From: Trichosphaerium sp. ATCC 40318
Lineage: Eukaryota; Protista; Tubulinea
Reading direction: 5' to 3'
NCBI GenBank assembly: GCA_038496445.1
Contig: JALMLS010000637.1
Span: 62,001 to 126,000, forward strand
Length of the DNA: 64,000 nt
The position numbers and the translations under genes are program-made. This document shows positions 50,961 through 64,000 of this stretch, piece by piece. Positions within the stretch are counted from its first letter, which is position 1; every line of letters begins with the position of its first letter. The notes under the pieces were generated by a model. The model worked only from the letters and a program-made list of their open reading frames with translations. It was not told where the DNA came from and ran no database searches.

Positions 50961-51620
50961 GTAATTAATTTACATATACACATTATTTCTTCTTGTTTGT
51001 TCAGGTACTTTTCAAACATGTTCCCTTGATCCTTATCATACAGTATAAAGATAAAATTAAACAAATGCATACCTTGTAAATCTTGGCTAGTTTGTTGAAT
51101 TGCACATTTTTTGACATAGACTTATGGGAAACTTTAAGAGACTTTTCAACGTACTTTGTAGCCACGGAGGATTTTGTAATAAGCAGTGATGTTAAACAGC
51201 ATATTTTGGCACCACAATGATGCAGAAAAGGAACGTGTACGATAGCACCTACATACTAGTGTATTTTTGTGCGTTGGCAGATCTGAAAATCCGATTTGCT
51301 ATGCCTCAAAAAGCCAAGCCTACCTTTAGCCAATTTCATACTATGGCTAGGTACTAAACATACTTATTAAACGACTACCTGGTCACAGTGAAGTACCAGC
51401 ATGAAAGTCGTTTTCTGACGCAATACTGTAAGTAGAAGGAACTAAAACGCGAACTAAAAGTATTGTTATTAATCTTGTTAGTCGGTATTCTAGGTCACCC
51501 ACCAAGATACCTTGTTACAAAATTTAGTTCACGTGATTATATGTGAAACGTTTTTCACTGATTGTTGACACGATCCTTATTTTTGTTGTTGTTTCACATT
51601 TTTTTTGCAGTTTTTTTGCG

Positions 51621-54600
51621 ATGAGTTATGACGTGAGTTGACCTCTTTTTTTTGTGTTTGTTGTATCTTAATTACGTCAACAAGTGGTCTCAATTGGTTG
51701 TTAGAGCCCGTATGGTATCAGTAGACTAGTATTTAGTGCCACTTTACATTTGATTCTGTACAAAACAGTTAAAGATAGAGCTAAAAATGCGACACAGTAA
51801 CAGTAGGGGAAAGCTAAGGCGCAAACAAGCAAAGCTTTTAGATCCAGTGTCATTAGTACGCTTTTTTTATTAGACGATTGCTGACAACCTAATGAACGAA
51901 GGTGGTGAAGTCTAAACTCCTTGCACCTAATGTAAAACGAAGTCTGGACACATACCGATGGAATACGGAATTTGTTGAAGGAAAGCAACTTGGCGTTGGT
52001 GGAGAAGGCCGTACATTCATGGTAACAAAGCTGGACGGATCTACAGATCAAGTATTTGTTCTTAAAGAAATTAAAGTGCAATACGAATCAAAAGCCGTTC
52101 TATACGCGTCAAACGAGGTATACGGAGCCACAATTAAAGTCTAAAAACGAAAAAAAAACTACAACACCTAAACTGTGCACAAACGACTTAAATGCGCATA
52201 AAAAACGATATACTCAAGTTTTAGCGTATATTAACTTACTTCTAAAATAGGCTCGTTATTCTCTTAGTTTTGATCATAAAAACCTTGTTAAATCATATGA
52301 CGCATGGATACAACGTGATGAGGATGAGAAGCATAGTTTTTATTACATTTTGATGGAGTATTGTAGCAAGGGAGACATATCAAAGCTAAAAGGGATTGAA
52401 AAAGAACAAGTTATGAAAATATTTATAGATACATTACGTGGTCTTAATTACCTTCATGTTGATCAACAAATGTGGCATAGGGATATAAAGGTATGTTTAT
52501 AGAGTCTATTGAGTTTATATATGAGTCATAATACGATATTTTAAGGCAACTACAACGTGCTTAGTACAAAACCAATTTTTTCGCTTTCTTATTCTCTTTC
52601 TTTATTTGTTATTTTTTGACCCACTGATTGGTTGTAGCCCAAGAATATTTTCTGTACAGAAGATGGCGTATATAAAATAGGTGATTTTGGTTGTTTGGCT
52701 GTTGTTAAGAATCTAATGAAGCGGTTCAAGTCAATTGTTGGCACTTTTTCTTTCCAAGGTACCAACTTCTTTGTGAGTGAACCGTTTCTTTACTTACCTC
52801 TTCGACTAGCTCCTGAAGTTGCCGCAAGAAAACCTCAATGCGAAAAAGTTGATGTCTTTTCTCTTGGTATGACTATTGCACAACTAATGTGTACAGAAGA
52901 TTTCGAGGTAAAGTGTCACGACTCAGGAATTGATTTTGTTTCAAAAACACAAATACCTGCCGTCTTTGACATTCGCCTAGAAAAAATTCTATGATTTCCC
53001 TGTGCGTCTTTTCATGGGAGAAACTACTGTTTCTGAAGTTATTGATCTCATTCCAGATAAAGTACGTACTTATCGGCGAGAAAGCTCCGTAGACTTCTTT
53101 GACATTATTTTTTTTAGTACGGCGCAGGATTGAAGCATTTGATTGGTCTAATGATAAACCTGAGTCCTCATAAGCGACCTTCTTGTGAAGATATACTTAA
53201 TAAGTTTGGTGCCAATGATATTGCTTGGAACATATGGACAGCAAGTAAGATCAAAGCTGCATTTATTATGCTCTTTGTTTTTCGTTTGTGTTTTTTTTGT
53301 TCTTTTTAATTTGTTTGTTTTCTAGCTGATGTCATCCTTCGTAACATTAAAAATGTTGTTATTTGGATAGACTTAAGTCCTGTACCACCTAGAAGGCTTA
53401 TAAAAGATATACAACAATCATGTCCAAGTTATGTGGCTATATTTGTTGCGCAATCTGTTGAAAAAGTAGAAAAATTTTACAAGCAGTACGTCCTATCATT
53501 TCTTGAAGATAATCTTATTGATACGCTAGTTTATCCGCTGTAAAGCGAGAATGGTCTTTTCAATATACATTTACGTACTTTCCTGCCATTGTTGGCACTT
53601 TAAGAATACCTATGGAAGAGATAAAGGCCAAACAAGACGAAATTCTCAAGGTTAGCAGAAAGAATTTAAAAAGGCTTTTTACCTTTACACTTTGCTTTGT
53701 CTTATTCTTGACTGTTTTAGTCTATGCTTATACTACAAGAATGTAATCAAAGAAGATTTGGGTCCGTTATGATTATTGCTCCAGCCTTACTTGGAGAAGG
53801 AAATCAGAATTTCGAAAACGAAATTATCACCATAAAAAGATCTGCTCTCATTTGCAGGGAAAATAAAGATATTAGAAACTTATGGCATTTCTGCCATATG
53901 TCTCGAATACTTACACTTTGCAGAGATGTAGAAAAAACGGATGAATGTACAGTATTAATGAGCTGGTAAGTGTTTACTCCGATCGTCTTCAGAACTTTGA
54001 ACTCACCTTACTCGTTTAGGTGTGCTGCTCTTGATCTTTACTATATCGATAGAGGGTTGTACTGTAAACGTCTCAAGTCAATTGAAGGTATACAAGACTA
54101 CTTATCTAATGCTATATATACTTTTAATCGTATCATATCTGGCGCACAGAACTCTCTGGAGATGCACGTTGCTTTTGTACGTACCTTAGTGTTTTTGCGC
54201 TTGAGGCTTTCATTGCGCTCCACACAGTTTTATTTACTTAATCTTTGACTAGATGGATACATTGAGGAAACGTGAAGATACTAGCCATGATACAAGCTAT
54301 GTCCCAGTGCTACTTTTAATGCAAGATATTCAAACAATGCGTCAACTTCCTTCTTCTGTTTTTGATAGTCCTTTTGTTCGTGCAACTACTTGTGTTGTTG
54401 AAGCTAAGTGTTTTGGATCTATGGCACCTTGTTCATGGGCTATAAATTATTCTGAGGTATCAACAAAACAGAAAACTTTGAACAAGAAATGGAATGGGAT
54501 GGTGACTGTAATTGATGTCAAAGTCTTCAATTTTCAAAAAAAAGAAGGAGAGAAAAAGCCTTCACCTGTTTCTATGTCTATAAAAACGAATGCAAATAAT

Positions 54601-55834
54601 GAAAAACGAGCAAAGAAGATTAAACATATTGACCCATCATGGATTAACTTGCATTGGAATTTGTACGTCAAGATGTTTTATGGTTTTTGATTTTCGAAGA
54701 AAAGAATTTATTGTAATGAAACCAATCCTTCGTTCTCGAAGTATCCTAACTTTTTTTCGTGCAGTTTTTGTAAAGGCATAGACAGCTTGACAATAGAATT
54801 GACACAACCTAATGTAAAAGGAAGTGCTACTGTATTTATTACCGATTTACTACGGGAAGCACCTAGTGGTAACCCATGCAGCCTTGCAAAGACGATACCA
54901 ATAGTAGTAAAGAAAGACAAAGCAAATTGTTGGCTCACTCTTTATGTTCAGCTCAAAGGCACGGTCATCTCACAGCCCTGCAACAACATGTATCTAATGC
55001 CTCCCTAGAGAACGAAGAGGACAAGCAAGACTTCTTGAGGTCTTCAGTGTCATCACCTGTAGTACAAGTCCAAAAGTATGATACAGTGACCTACATGAAA
55101 AGTTTTTAACTCTTGCAACTCATTTTTTGAGCGCTAAAGGTACTTTGGTAGAAAAAGAATTCGTGAGACTTATGAATTTTTTAGATGTTGCATTGCATGG
55201 TCTATTCCGCTATGAGGCTGATCTTCACCGTATTATGAATATGTTTAGCGAAGTCGAACAAGGTTATGAATGTTCTTTTGAAGGTGAAGATCCCTACAAT
55301 GTCGCACGTGTCTTATTAGTACGTACAACCGTTTTAATGAAACTCGGATACTTAACTTTATCAATTCGATTTACTTACGTCTTATATATTAATATGCTTT
55401 ACTATTATAGAGATACATATCTATGAAGATAACATCTGAGTTGTTGATACCTGATGAACATTATACTGCATTAAAGGAGTCTGTAGCAAAGACTCAAGAA
55501 ATTCAAATATTCTTATTGAAATCTCTCCCATCGGCATCAAAGGTGTGTATCCCTTTTGTTAAAATATTATCTATTAACACTGCAACATATCGTTCAAAAC
55601 GTTGCGTTTGTAATCGTACTAATAACTGCTAAGCGATGGCTTACTGTTTTGGCTCCTTTTTTAAACAAAGTAAATGAATCTTGGTTGAGCTCTGGAGAAG
55701 GTGACGATTCTTTTTCTAATCTAATGGCACCATGGGTGATAAGAAAACAATCCATAGATGCTTCTCAAGCTCCTTCTTTGATACTAAGGATGATAATGAA
55801 GCATCATGATAAGTTCGAAACAAAAAAAACATGA
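51621..55834 (+). CDS. NEK-like protein kinase fused to a C2 domain and a RhoGAP-like domain, multi-exon (first exons uncertain)
   Basis: LGVGGEG, VLKEI, MEYCSKGD, HRDIK|PKN, IGDFG, APE, DVFSLG. C2-like beta-rich segment at about 54490-54960. RhoGAP motifs HGLFRY, DPYNVARVL, ELLIP, LLKSLP at about 55130-55830. Confidence 0.8.
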
Positions 55835-56034
55835 AAACAAAAAGCAAACATTTGAATGATTAAGCCTTGTTGACGGAGTTGTACCAATGTACACTACCCT
55901 TAAACAAAGTATTAACCTTCTTGTATTATTAATAAATAAAAGTTCAAAACCACGTGATCGTCATTAGCCCTCATCAAGTACAAACTGACTTTTATTTACA
56001 ATTAGGGTTTTTCTTGTATTTTTCGTATATTTTT

Positions 56035-56743
56035 CTAATCCTCTTCTATATCGATATAGCACATCATATTACAACAAAAACACTGTATGTCCTTACCCAA
56101 ACCTGGATAGGACCACTTGAATCTGAAGCAATCACAACAGCAACTGCAACAAGGTAGACAACAACAAAACAACCAAGGTATTATTCTGAAACACTTGCAA
56201 CATTCAACATTTCTATCATACTCATCAGCAAAGTATTCTACATCATGAGCTAAAAATACAATCAGTATTGCAACTTTAGGATACAATCATAAGCAAACAA
56301 ATTTCGATAGTGTCGAGAATACAAACTGAGAAGTAGTTGAAGATTAATTAACAAAAAGCAAATGAGTCTATTTTTACTACTTTGTTGTCAAGAACGCGGA
56401 ATAGCCTTAAAACGAGTTATATAGTTGTTTTATTACGAATTAGAAGGCTTAACGCGATTTGAAGTGGAGTACAATTGTTTTTGTTAATTAAAGCCCTTAG
56501 GAACTCACAATCGTCATTTACAAGTATTGGAGAGCGCTTTAGAGGCTAAAAAATACAAAACGTTGGAAAAACGCTAAACGTCGGCGTACTATTGTCTACC
56601 GTAGGTGAAGCAAAACATGGATAACAACAATGCAACAAGAAAGACATTTGTGGTCTTTGTTGTTGAAAATAATCTGTTTGGCAGCTTTTTCTATTGACCT
56701 AAGTATCAGCCTGATACTCGAGTAGTTTTGATTCACTGAACAT
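56035..56743 (-). CDS. Small cysteine-rich membrane-associated protein (5' exon structure uncertain)
   Basis: Last exon encodes a hydrophobic stretch and VECCKC...LFCCCLPCCSCCCDC...CFCC. Upstream exon-like piece LLHCCYPCFA and an ATG at 56743. Confidence 0.5.
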
Positions 56744-57226
56744 TATTCAAGTTGGTCACTCTGTGCAGTTCGTTTTTAAGAGAATAATAGACACAAAAGA
56801 GACGAAGTTGCTTGTCTTGGTATGGAGGTAAGATATCGTCACGTGCAAATGGTTCTTCAGTGACAGAATTTCAACTTACACCTTTTTTGTGTTTTTTGGC
56901 TGAGCTACTAGTTTGTCCAGCCTATATATTTGAGAAATAATACAACGTGTTGTCAGCCAGTACTACTTCAAGCATACCAAATTGAAATCCGTAAACTAGC
57001 CCTGTGCTAATTGTCAATTATGCCAAAGACCTTTCTAGTTTTGATGTGAAGAATCCTCAAGGCTCAAAAATTAGCGCTCAGGTATTATCCTGTAAAGTTC
57101 TGTCTCATGCCAGTATCAAGTGTTAATATGATTGAAGCCTAGTAGATTATATAGCGAATCTTGTTGTCAGTAACAGTTTGGTAAGTAAAACTCGAAAACA
57201 ACCATGGAGGAAAATATCACTGAAAT

Positions 57227-58500
57227 TTATTTAGATTCTTTGAGTAATGCTATCTGACCCAATGTTGTGCCTTTATATTTAACAAACCCATTTCTCCAAC
57301 CAAGAACAAATCCATCATACTCAGCAAAGATTTCTTCTATAACCTTTCCTTCCATATCCCTTATTTTAACCAACAAATCGCCTTTCAAAAAAGTATCACC
57401 AGGCTTCTTCAATGGGTCGAATAATCCACATGATTTGCTAATAGAAGGTCCCCACCAACCCATGTACAACTTTGATGTATCGTGAACACACGCAGGAGTC
57501 TTATTATCTCTTAAAAATAGTTTTCTTTGAGAACCAGGCAAAATCTTTCCCCAAACTAAGATATTATGTAAAAAGTCTAAACCAAATTTAGTTGTCTCAG
57601 GATCAACAGCTCCAGACGCCCCAATTTCGACTGTAACGGCAGGAACTCTTAACCTAGATAATATAGCATCTGCTAGAGTACCCTATAATACAATAATTCA
57701 ATTTTAAAGAGAACCCGAGACCAAAAAAACGGACCTTATCATCGTCACAAGTAACAAAAGAAATGCCAGACTTCTTTGACATGTCAAGCATCTTATCCCA
57801 TAACACTTTATCTAATGATTTAAATCGCTCAAGTAGTATAATAAAAGGTATATTAACTATGCAATGAGTATGTAAATCAATAGCTAGATCAGGTTTTAGA
57901 TCCTCTATAACCTTCCAAACATTTTCATAAACGCTTTCTGCTAAAGTCTTATTTTTTTCTTCTTTATTGTTTGCTGCAAGTGTTGAAGGCCATATCCTAT
58001 TCGGATCTTGTGTGTAGTCCCAAGGCGCTGTTCTAGTCCTTGAAATAGCGCCCAAGTATAATATTAGCGCTAACGCTTTCACAGAGCCGTAAAGAACGCA
58101 CCTAGTGGATTCAGAGTTGGAATACAAGCGATTTTGCCGTTTAGCGATGTTAAATCAATACTTTCAAGCAACCTGTGTATGATTACTGTACCAGCGTACC
58201 TAAAAAGATGGTTAAAACGGTTGTAGCTCAAGCTTTACTCCACTTCGTTAAAAAACAGTTCACGCACTCGTTTCCGTGTATATTTGCCGTTACCAACGCC
58301 AGTGGACCATCTACATTTGCTCCACAAGCAATAACAATTGGGATTTTGATAGTTTGGCCTAAAACTGGTGAATAACTTCAAAAATCGGTAATTACAGGTT
58401 TATATACCTGGTAATTGCTCTACATGATCAATATACGTTGTAGTGATTGAATTGGGTTTAATTCGGTTCATACCTGGTGTTTTTAAGCTGTATGTTCAGT
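57227..58500 (-). CDS. Succinylglutamate desuccinylase/aspartoacylase (AstE/AspA, M14-like) family protein (start not resolved)
   Basis: IPIVIACG...GPLALVTANIHGNE, DPNRIWP, IDLHT and VPAVTVEIG motifs, plus a C-terminal barrel-sandwich segment (KPGDTFLKGDLLVKIRDMEG...AEYDGFVLG). Confidence 0.85.
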
Positions 58501-58966
58501 TTAAATGGTGAGTTAACTCGTAATTTGCTAAAAGAGCGAAAACGTTTAGAAATATGGCGTATTTCGCGTCTACAATTTCAATGAAAGTTTTGCAAGTCTA
58601 ACTCTTTGTAGCATTTAACCTAATCCAATGCAGCAAAGCTTCCTTATTTAAAATGGCAGAAATCAAAGCACCACGGTATTTGATGTCTCTACCAGTGACA
58701 AGCCAAGAATATAAAGAGCTACTAGAAAACATGAATTTTGGGAAAGCAACTATCAAGACGACCCTTGGACAGCTGGCACTTGTTGGTGCTCTACTCCGTT
58801 CCTATATGCGACAGCTACTCCACAATTTGTATCGAATGCATTTAGACTCATATTAACAATTGCATTGACCACAAAAATTATTTGAGAAAAATTTATTTTT
58901 CTTGATTTTTCTTATTTGTTTCTTATTTTTATGTACATGTACTCAACTGTCTGTTTTCTTCACAAT

Positions 58967-61056
58967 TTAATGGTCAAGTTCAACTAATAGTACAGATCTT
59001 GGTGCTAGCTCTACATAGAAACAATCAGAAACTCAAAACGCACTCAAAAATAGAAGAAAAAAAAGACCATCAGGAAAAACTTACTGCACTTCTCCAGGGT
59101 ATCGTAGTACTCTGATCTTTCATATACTTTTCTAGGGAAAGTAGACCTCATTGTAAAGTCTCTACGCTTCAAGTGTGATGCAACTTCGTCTACAGCATCA
59201 AGCAGGATTTGTAATTTGTTGAAAGCAGTTTTGATAACTTTACCAGCAGGAAGTCGGAACTATTAAAAAAAAATTAAGTAATCAACAAAAAACGGATCGA
59301 ACGCTGTTTAGCATACCTGTATAATACAATCTTTAACGGCAGGGTCAAAAGTTGGTCTAGGAGGCTTTGGAGTAGCTTCTTTTTTATCTTTCTCTATCTT
59401 TGGACGCTTGGCATTTACTGGTTCTTCAAGCGCTGTTGAAGCCTATTTTTTTTTCAGATGCATCAGTTAAGTTTACTGTTGCGCTTACCTTTCTCTTTCG
59501 TTGCTTCTCTGTATCTTTTTTTGGTGGTTCCTCTTTATCACCAACGTCATCAACTTGATCAGATTCACCACCTTCTTTCAAAGACATTTCAATGGCCATA
59601 CGTAACTGTTCATCCTCAGGTAATTCAAAATTCAATTTCTTTGGTTCAGGTTCTTTTTTCTTTGGAGGTGGCGAACTTGCATGACTTTTATCAAGTCGCC
59701 TCTGTTCTTCAGGATCCAAAGAATGCATTTTTAAAAACTTGTTTACTAATAGAATAAATGTAAGTTGTAACTAATACAAAAAATCAATTTTCAAACCCAC
59801 ATTGCTTTTTCAAATCAGACAAGGCAACTATACCATCCCAAGCACGTATACGCTGACCTGTACGTGGATGAAGTATAGAAAGATGAGGAACACCTACAAC
59901 AGGATAATATTTTGTATATGGGAGTGCTCGCCCATCGCTTGTTTGGACCTAGAACAAAGCACATTAATAAAAAAAGTCATTCCAAAAAAGTGCCATCAAG
60001 ATGATACAAAATGACACGTTAGCGTTCAGAGAATCATACCTGCCAAAATACAAACTTTTCTTTGATTAGCCGCCTCAGTGGTTCATCGGACCATATATCC
60101 CTTTAAATATAAAATTAAAATACAATCACAATAGTGATTAAGTTTGATTGCACTAGAGTTGAAATAAAGCTAAAAAAGTACAATGATTTTCCACTGTTAA
60201 TTTTTTTTTTAGTTTTTCTCTGTCTCTCATACCTGTTTTGACAGTGGGACTCAAAATTCCCCTCTTCTAGTATATTTACAAGTAACCATTTATCAGAATC
60301 ATCACCTGATTTCTTAGCCTAATTTTTAAACTCAAAAAAAAAAAATCAAAAAATTAATCAAAAAAAAATAAAACAAAATCAACGTCGTTAGGGCTTAGGT
60401 GCTAAAATCAACAATTAAAATTGCACTGTATAACACCACATATAAGTATTCTAATTTATAAAGTATAATCCAGATGATTATTAGACAACCCAAGCGATAA
60501 AACATCAAAACAGTTGAAAAAAAATAAAACTTTTGTAAAAAAATCAAAGAGTTGGTTCAGTACGTTTTCAAAGTTCCCTTTGAACATTAGTTCTAGAGGT
60601 GGTCTGAAAAGCTGTGCTAGCTTATCTATCTTTCCTTGCGATTGTTTATCTGAAGGGAAGAAATGAATAAAATATTGTAGATTGGCGTATAACGCGGGAA
60701 AATTCGTATATTACGGCTGACACACCTGCTTTATCGTATCCCTCTGGTTTTTGCTGTTTGAAGTTTCTAAATGACTGGAATACAGCCTCTGGCGCGGCTG
60801 CAATGCGACGTCTTGGTCTTTGGGCAGCCTCTCTGTCTTTTAGCGTCATTCTTGTTGGCATTATCGGTTTCCTAACTTCATCTTGTTTAACTACCGTCGG
60901 AGGAGGTATGTCTGATCTTAAAGACGTGAAAAACAAGTTTACAGCTTCATTTAAATTCCAATCTGTAGCTTCAAGCATTTGAATACTTTTAGCTTCATCA
61001 GCATTTGTTAAACCAATGAACTGTGCCAGAGTTGTTGTCTGCTGGCGTTGAGCCAT
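58967..61056 (-). CDS. UBXN7/Ubx5-like p97 cofactor (UBA-like, UAS, UIM, UBX)
   Basis: QFIGLT...MLEATDWNLNEAVNLFF, LAQLFRPPLELMF, KWLLVNI, RDIWS, UIM EDEQLRMAIEMSLKE, and a UBX domain with xRLPAG and TFPRKVY. Confidence 0.9.
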
Positions 61057-61314
61057 AGTGTCTAATTTGTGAAGAGAAAAGAAAAAACCAAAAGATGACA
61101 TCCAGTCAAAACTCGTAAAATCACCGTTGAAAAGGCCCCCCAAGCCTCGTAGGTCTGTACAAACTACTAAAAACTGTTTCTAAAGCTCAGGGCAGCATAC
61201 AGTATAACGTTTTACCCGAAGGTGCTTGTTGCGCATATAAATGCTCTTTAAAGCCTAAAAAAACAAGGCACGTGTACCATTGGAGACATGCACACCTGAC
61301 GCTCATACTTTAAA

Positions 61315-63332
61315 ATGCACTCAATACAAGATGTGGAAGATACTTCATATCCCAGAAGAATTAATACGCTACAACTCGTACTTTTTGGCTACTTTATAAT
61401 ATGTGCAGGCCCATTTGGAGAAGAAGTGGCGGTATGTCATTTAGTTCTTTCTCGATATCAAGGTTTGTTAATCAAACGCTTAGATCAAAGGCGGAGGACC
61501 TCTCCTGGGACTACTAGGTTTTGTGTTTATAGCCTTAGCCTGGTCTATACCTCAAGGACTTATGACTCTCGAACTATCAGCTATGATGCCTCACAATGGA
61601 GGACTTACTATATGGTATGCACCGAGAAACTTAATGTTATTCTTTTTTTTTTTTCATCACTTGCAATAGGACCGAGAGGGCTTTTGGTAAATTCGGAGGA
61701 TGGATGGCATCTTATAACTCTATATTCAGCGTATTCTTTGACGCACCTCTCTACCCTATACTAATGGTCTCTTATTTAACTACTCTTGTGAAACTAACGT
61801 TCTGGCAACAATACGCTGCCAAAGTCGGCATTACTGCAATTGCATGTGCTCTAAACCTTGGCGGCATCACAATGTTATCAAGTGTATTTGCAATACTAAT
61901 GATATCAGTACGTACAATAGAAATAACGTCAGGCTGAGAAGATTTTGTTTGGCACAACAGTGTTTTAAAAGCACGTGTAAAACAAATTCTTTGCTTACTT
62001 GTATCCACAGATTTTAATCCCTTTCTCTATCGTTTTCGGATTTAAAGCGTCTCAAATGAGTCCTTCTCAATGGGTACACACTCATCTCCAACAGGAGCCG
62101 TTATGAACAGTGATAACACTTTTTCTTACAGATTGTTGTACCTCCAAAGTCCAAACTCAATATTGGATTATCTCTCAGTACTATCATGTGGGGAAATACT
62201 GGTACTCCGAAACAGCTCACTATAACTTCTTATTTGTCTAGGTTGGGATTCTTTAGGATCAGTTGCTGGTGAAGTAAAAAATCCTCAAAAAACATACCCG
62301 CGAGCAGTAGTTATTCTTGCTTTTCTTATTTTAGCAACGTATGTTCTTCCTACACTCCCAGGATTAACTACATCAACTGATCAAGATGTTTGGGTTGATG
62401 GATACTTCTCTACAGTCGCTGCAAGTTAGTACATGAAGGAGACTTGGAGTGATCGTAAACAATTACTTTTAGGTGTATTTCCCTGGCTGGGAATTTGGGT
62501 TAGTGTCGCTGCTGTCCTTGCTTCATTTGGAAACATGGTATGTGTTCTGACAAGTGGAACACGTGTTGTATGGGCAATGGGCAAAGGTAAGAATCAATAA
62601 AAATACGCCCATAAACTGACGTGATTCTATCGTAGTAACACAATTTTTACCTGGGATTTTTGGCTGGACATGGAAGGTTCGCTAAATAGAATACTGTGAC
62701 ACTCAAGTTCTCAAAACTCTTTAATTTAGCCTCTGGGACATAAGAACCCGACAGCAGCTATTCTATTCCATTTTGTTACTACAAGGTGATTCTTATGAAA
62801 GAAAATAATCACGTGTTGCCCACAAACAACGCACTAAACTTTGTTTAGTGCCCTGGTGTTTCTCCCGTTTGATTTCCTTGTTCAAGTCGACACCTTTCTA
62901 AATTCTGTAACACTCTTAATTGAGTCATTTGCTTTCTTGTGGTTACGTATAAAAGAACCAGAAGCATCACGTCCTTATAAAGTACCTTGTGGGATATTTG
63001 GCGCACTGATGGTATCATTGTCAAAGGTTCTTGTTGTCACTATCATGTTGGTGCGTGAGTTGTTTTTTACTATTGTTGAGCACTATTCTATCTTCAAAAA
63101 AAGCTGTTTAAGAACGAGAACACGATCTTTTCCGTTTCGTCTTTTTTTCTTATCCAATTTTTTTTAGGTATTCACCTCTCGAAAAGTATGGGCAACAGGC
63201 ATTATATTTAACCTCTTTTTTGTATTATTCTATATTACTGCAACATTGATTCGCGATATGTGTCCTAAACTGGCTTGTTGCTTGGAAAAGAAAGAGAAAG
63301 CGGAAACGATAATAGACTCGAACATTTATTAA
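61315..63332 (+). CDS. APC-superfamily amino acid/polyamine permease (PUT/RMV1-like)
   Basis: CAGPFGEE, WSIPQGLMTLELSAMMPHNGG, GWDSLGSVAGEVKNPQKTYPRA and LRIKEPEASRPYKVP motifs, with multiple TM helices. Confidence 0.9.
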
Positions 63333-63356
63333 TGCAGTAGAGCCCAACAACAACTT

Positions 63357-64000
63357 TTAGATTACTGCTTGTGTATGTTGTGCGCTACACTTCACTGCGT
63401 GCAATAGAAGCTTCTTTAACTTGTTTCGATAAAATACGACGTAATCTGTCTGAGAAAAAGGGAACAAATAAAGTCCAAATGTAACAAAAAACAATGATCT
63501 AATTATTTTTATACAGTCTTCCCTAGAACAGGGAGTATATCCTTATGGCCCTTTACAATGGCAATACGTAGAGGTGTAAGTTTAAGTTTATCCAAAGTTG
63601 TCAATGAAGCATCATTTTTCACAAGAATTTGTGCGACCTAAAACCAAAAATTAATACGGAAGCTAAAAGAAGAGAAAAGCTCAAAAAAATGTAGTTGGAA
63701 ACTACAACTTTTTAGTTGGATCACTGTACATACCTCTGTATGACCAAAGAATGCTGCCCAGTGCAACGGTGTACGACCATTCAAATCACAGAGATTTGGA
63801 TCAGCGCCGTTTTTCAACAAGCATACAAGCATATCTACAAAACCGTAGTATGCTGCACGATGAAGTGGTCCTCGTTTAGATGCATTCGTCTGATCAGCTG
63901 GAACACCACATTTTGTAATGAGGTACTAAAAGGTCAAAAAATTAGCCAAAATTTTCTTCTAATGACAAAAAGTGTTTAAACGTACCTCTACAACTGCAAC
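63357..64000 (-). CDS. Ankyrin-repeat protein, 3' part (5' end outside window)
   Basis: RGPLHRAAYYG, GADPNLCDLNGRTPLHWAAFFGH and LTPLRIAIVKGH ankyrin repeats. Confidence 0.9.

Noticed and set aside
1-64000. Whole window as a giant-virus genome or endogenous viral insertion
   Set aside because: No viral hallmark genes (capsid, packaging ATPase, polymerase) were seen, and most genes are intron-rich cellular genes.

Overview
AT-rich, gene-dense eukaryotic DNA with many short spliceosomal introns (donors GTACGT/GTAAGT/GTATGT, a few GC donors, CTAAC/CTAAT-type branch points). The six-frame ORF track therefore mostly shows exon fragments, and the gene models below were spliced by eye. A Frizzled/Smoothened-like GPCR and the signalling repertoire suggest a free-living protist, plausibly amoebozoan (inference). 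There are about 20 genes. Housekeeping and signalling genes include a GFO/IDH/MocA oxidoreductase, a UBXN7-like protein, an APC permease, an EF-hand protein and two multidomain kinases. These are interleaved with a fast-turnover accessory layer of MORN2/YwqK-repeat and F-box/LRR genes (several decayed), a TTAA-flanked non-autonomous DNA transposon that disrupts an F-box-LRR gene, and a dispersed repeat family. The most striking locus (about 9.1-15.5 kb) is a Crinkler/RHS-like NTPase plus restriction-endonuclease-fold protein with apparently degenerate catalytic motifs. It is fused C-terminally to about 11 ubiquitin-like units built from tandemly duplicated, symmetric phase-1 exon+intron cassettes. 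A second unusual locus is a roughly 9 kb gene with about 12 copies of an unrecognised domain, an FGGKKGK basic tract and a DnaJ-type zinc finger. No rRNA, tRNA or CRISPR array was found.
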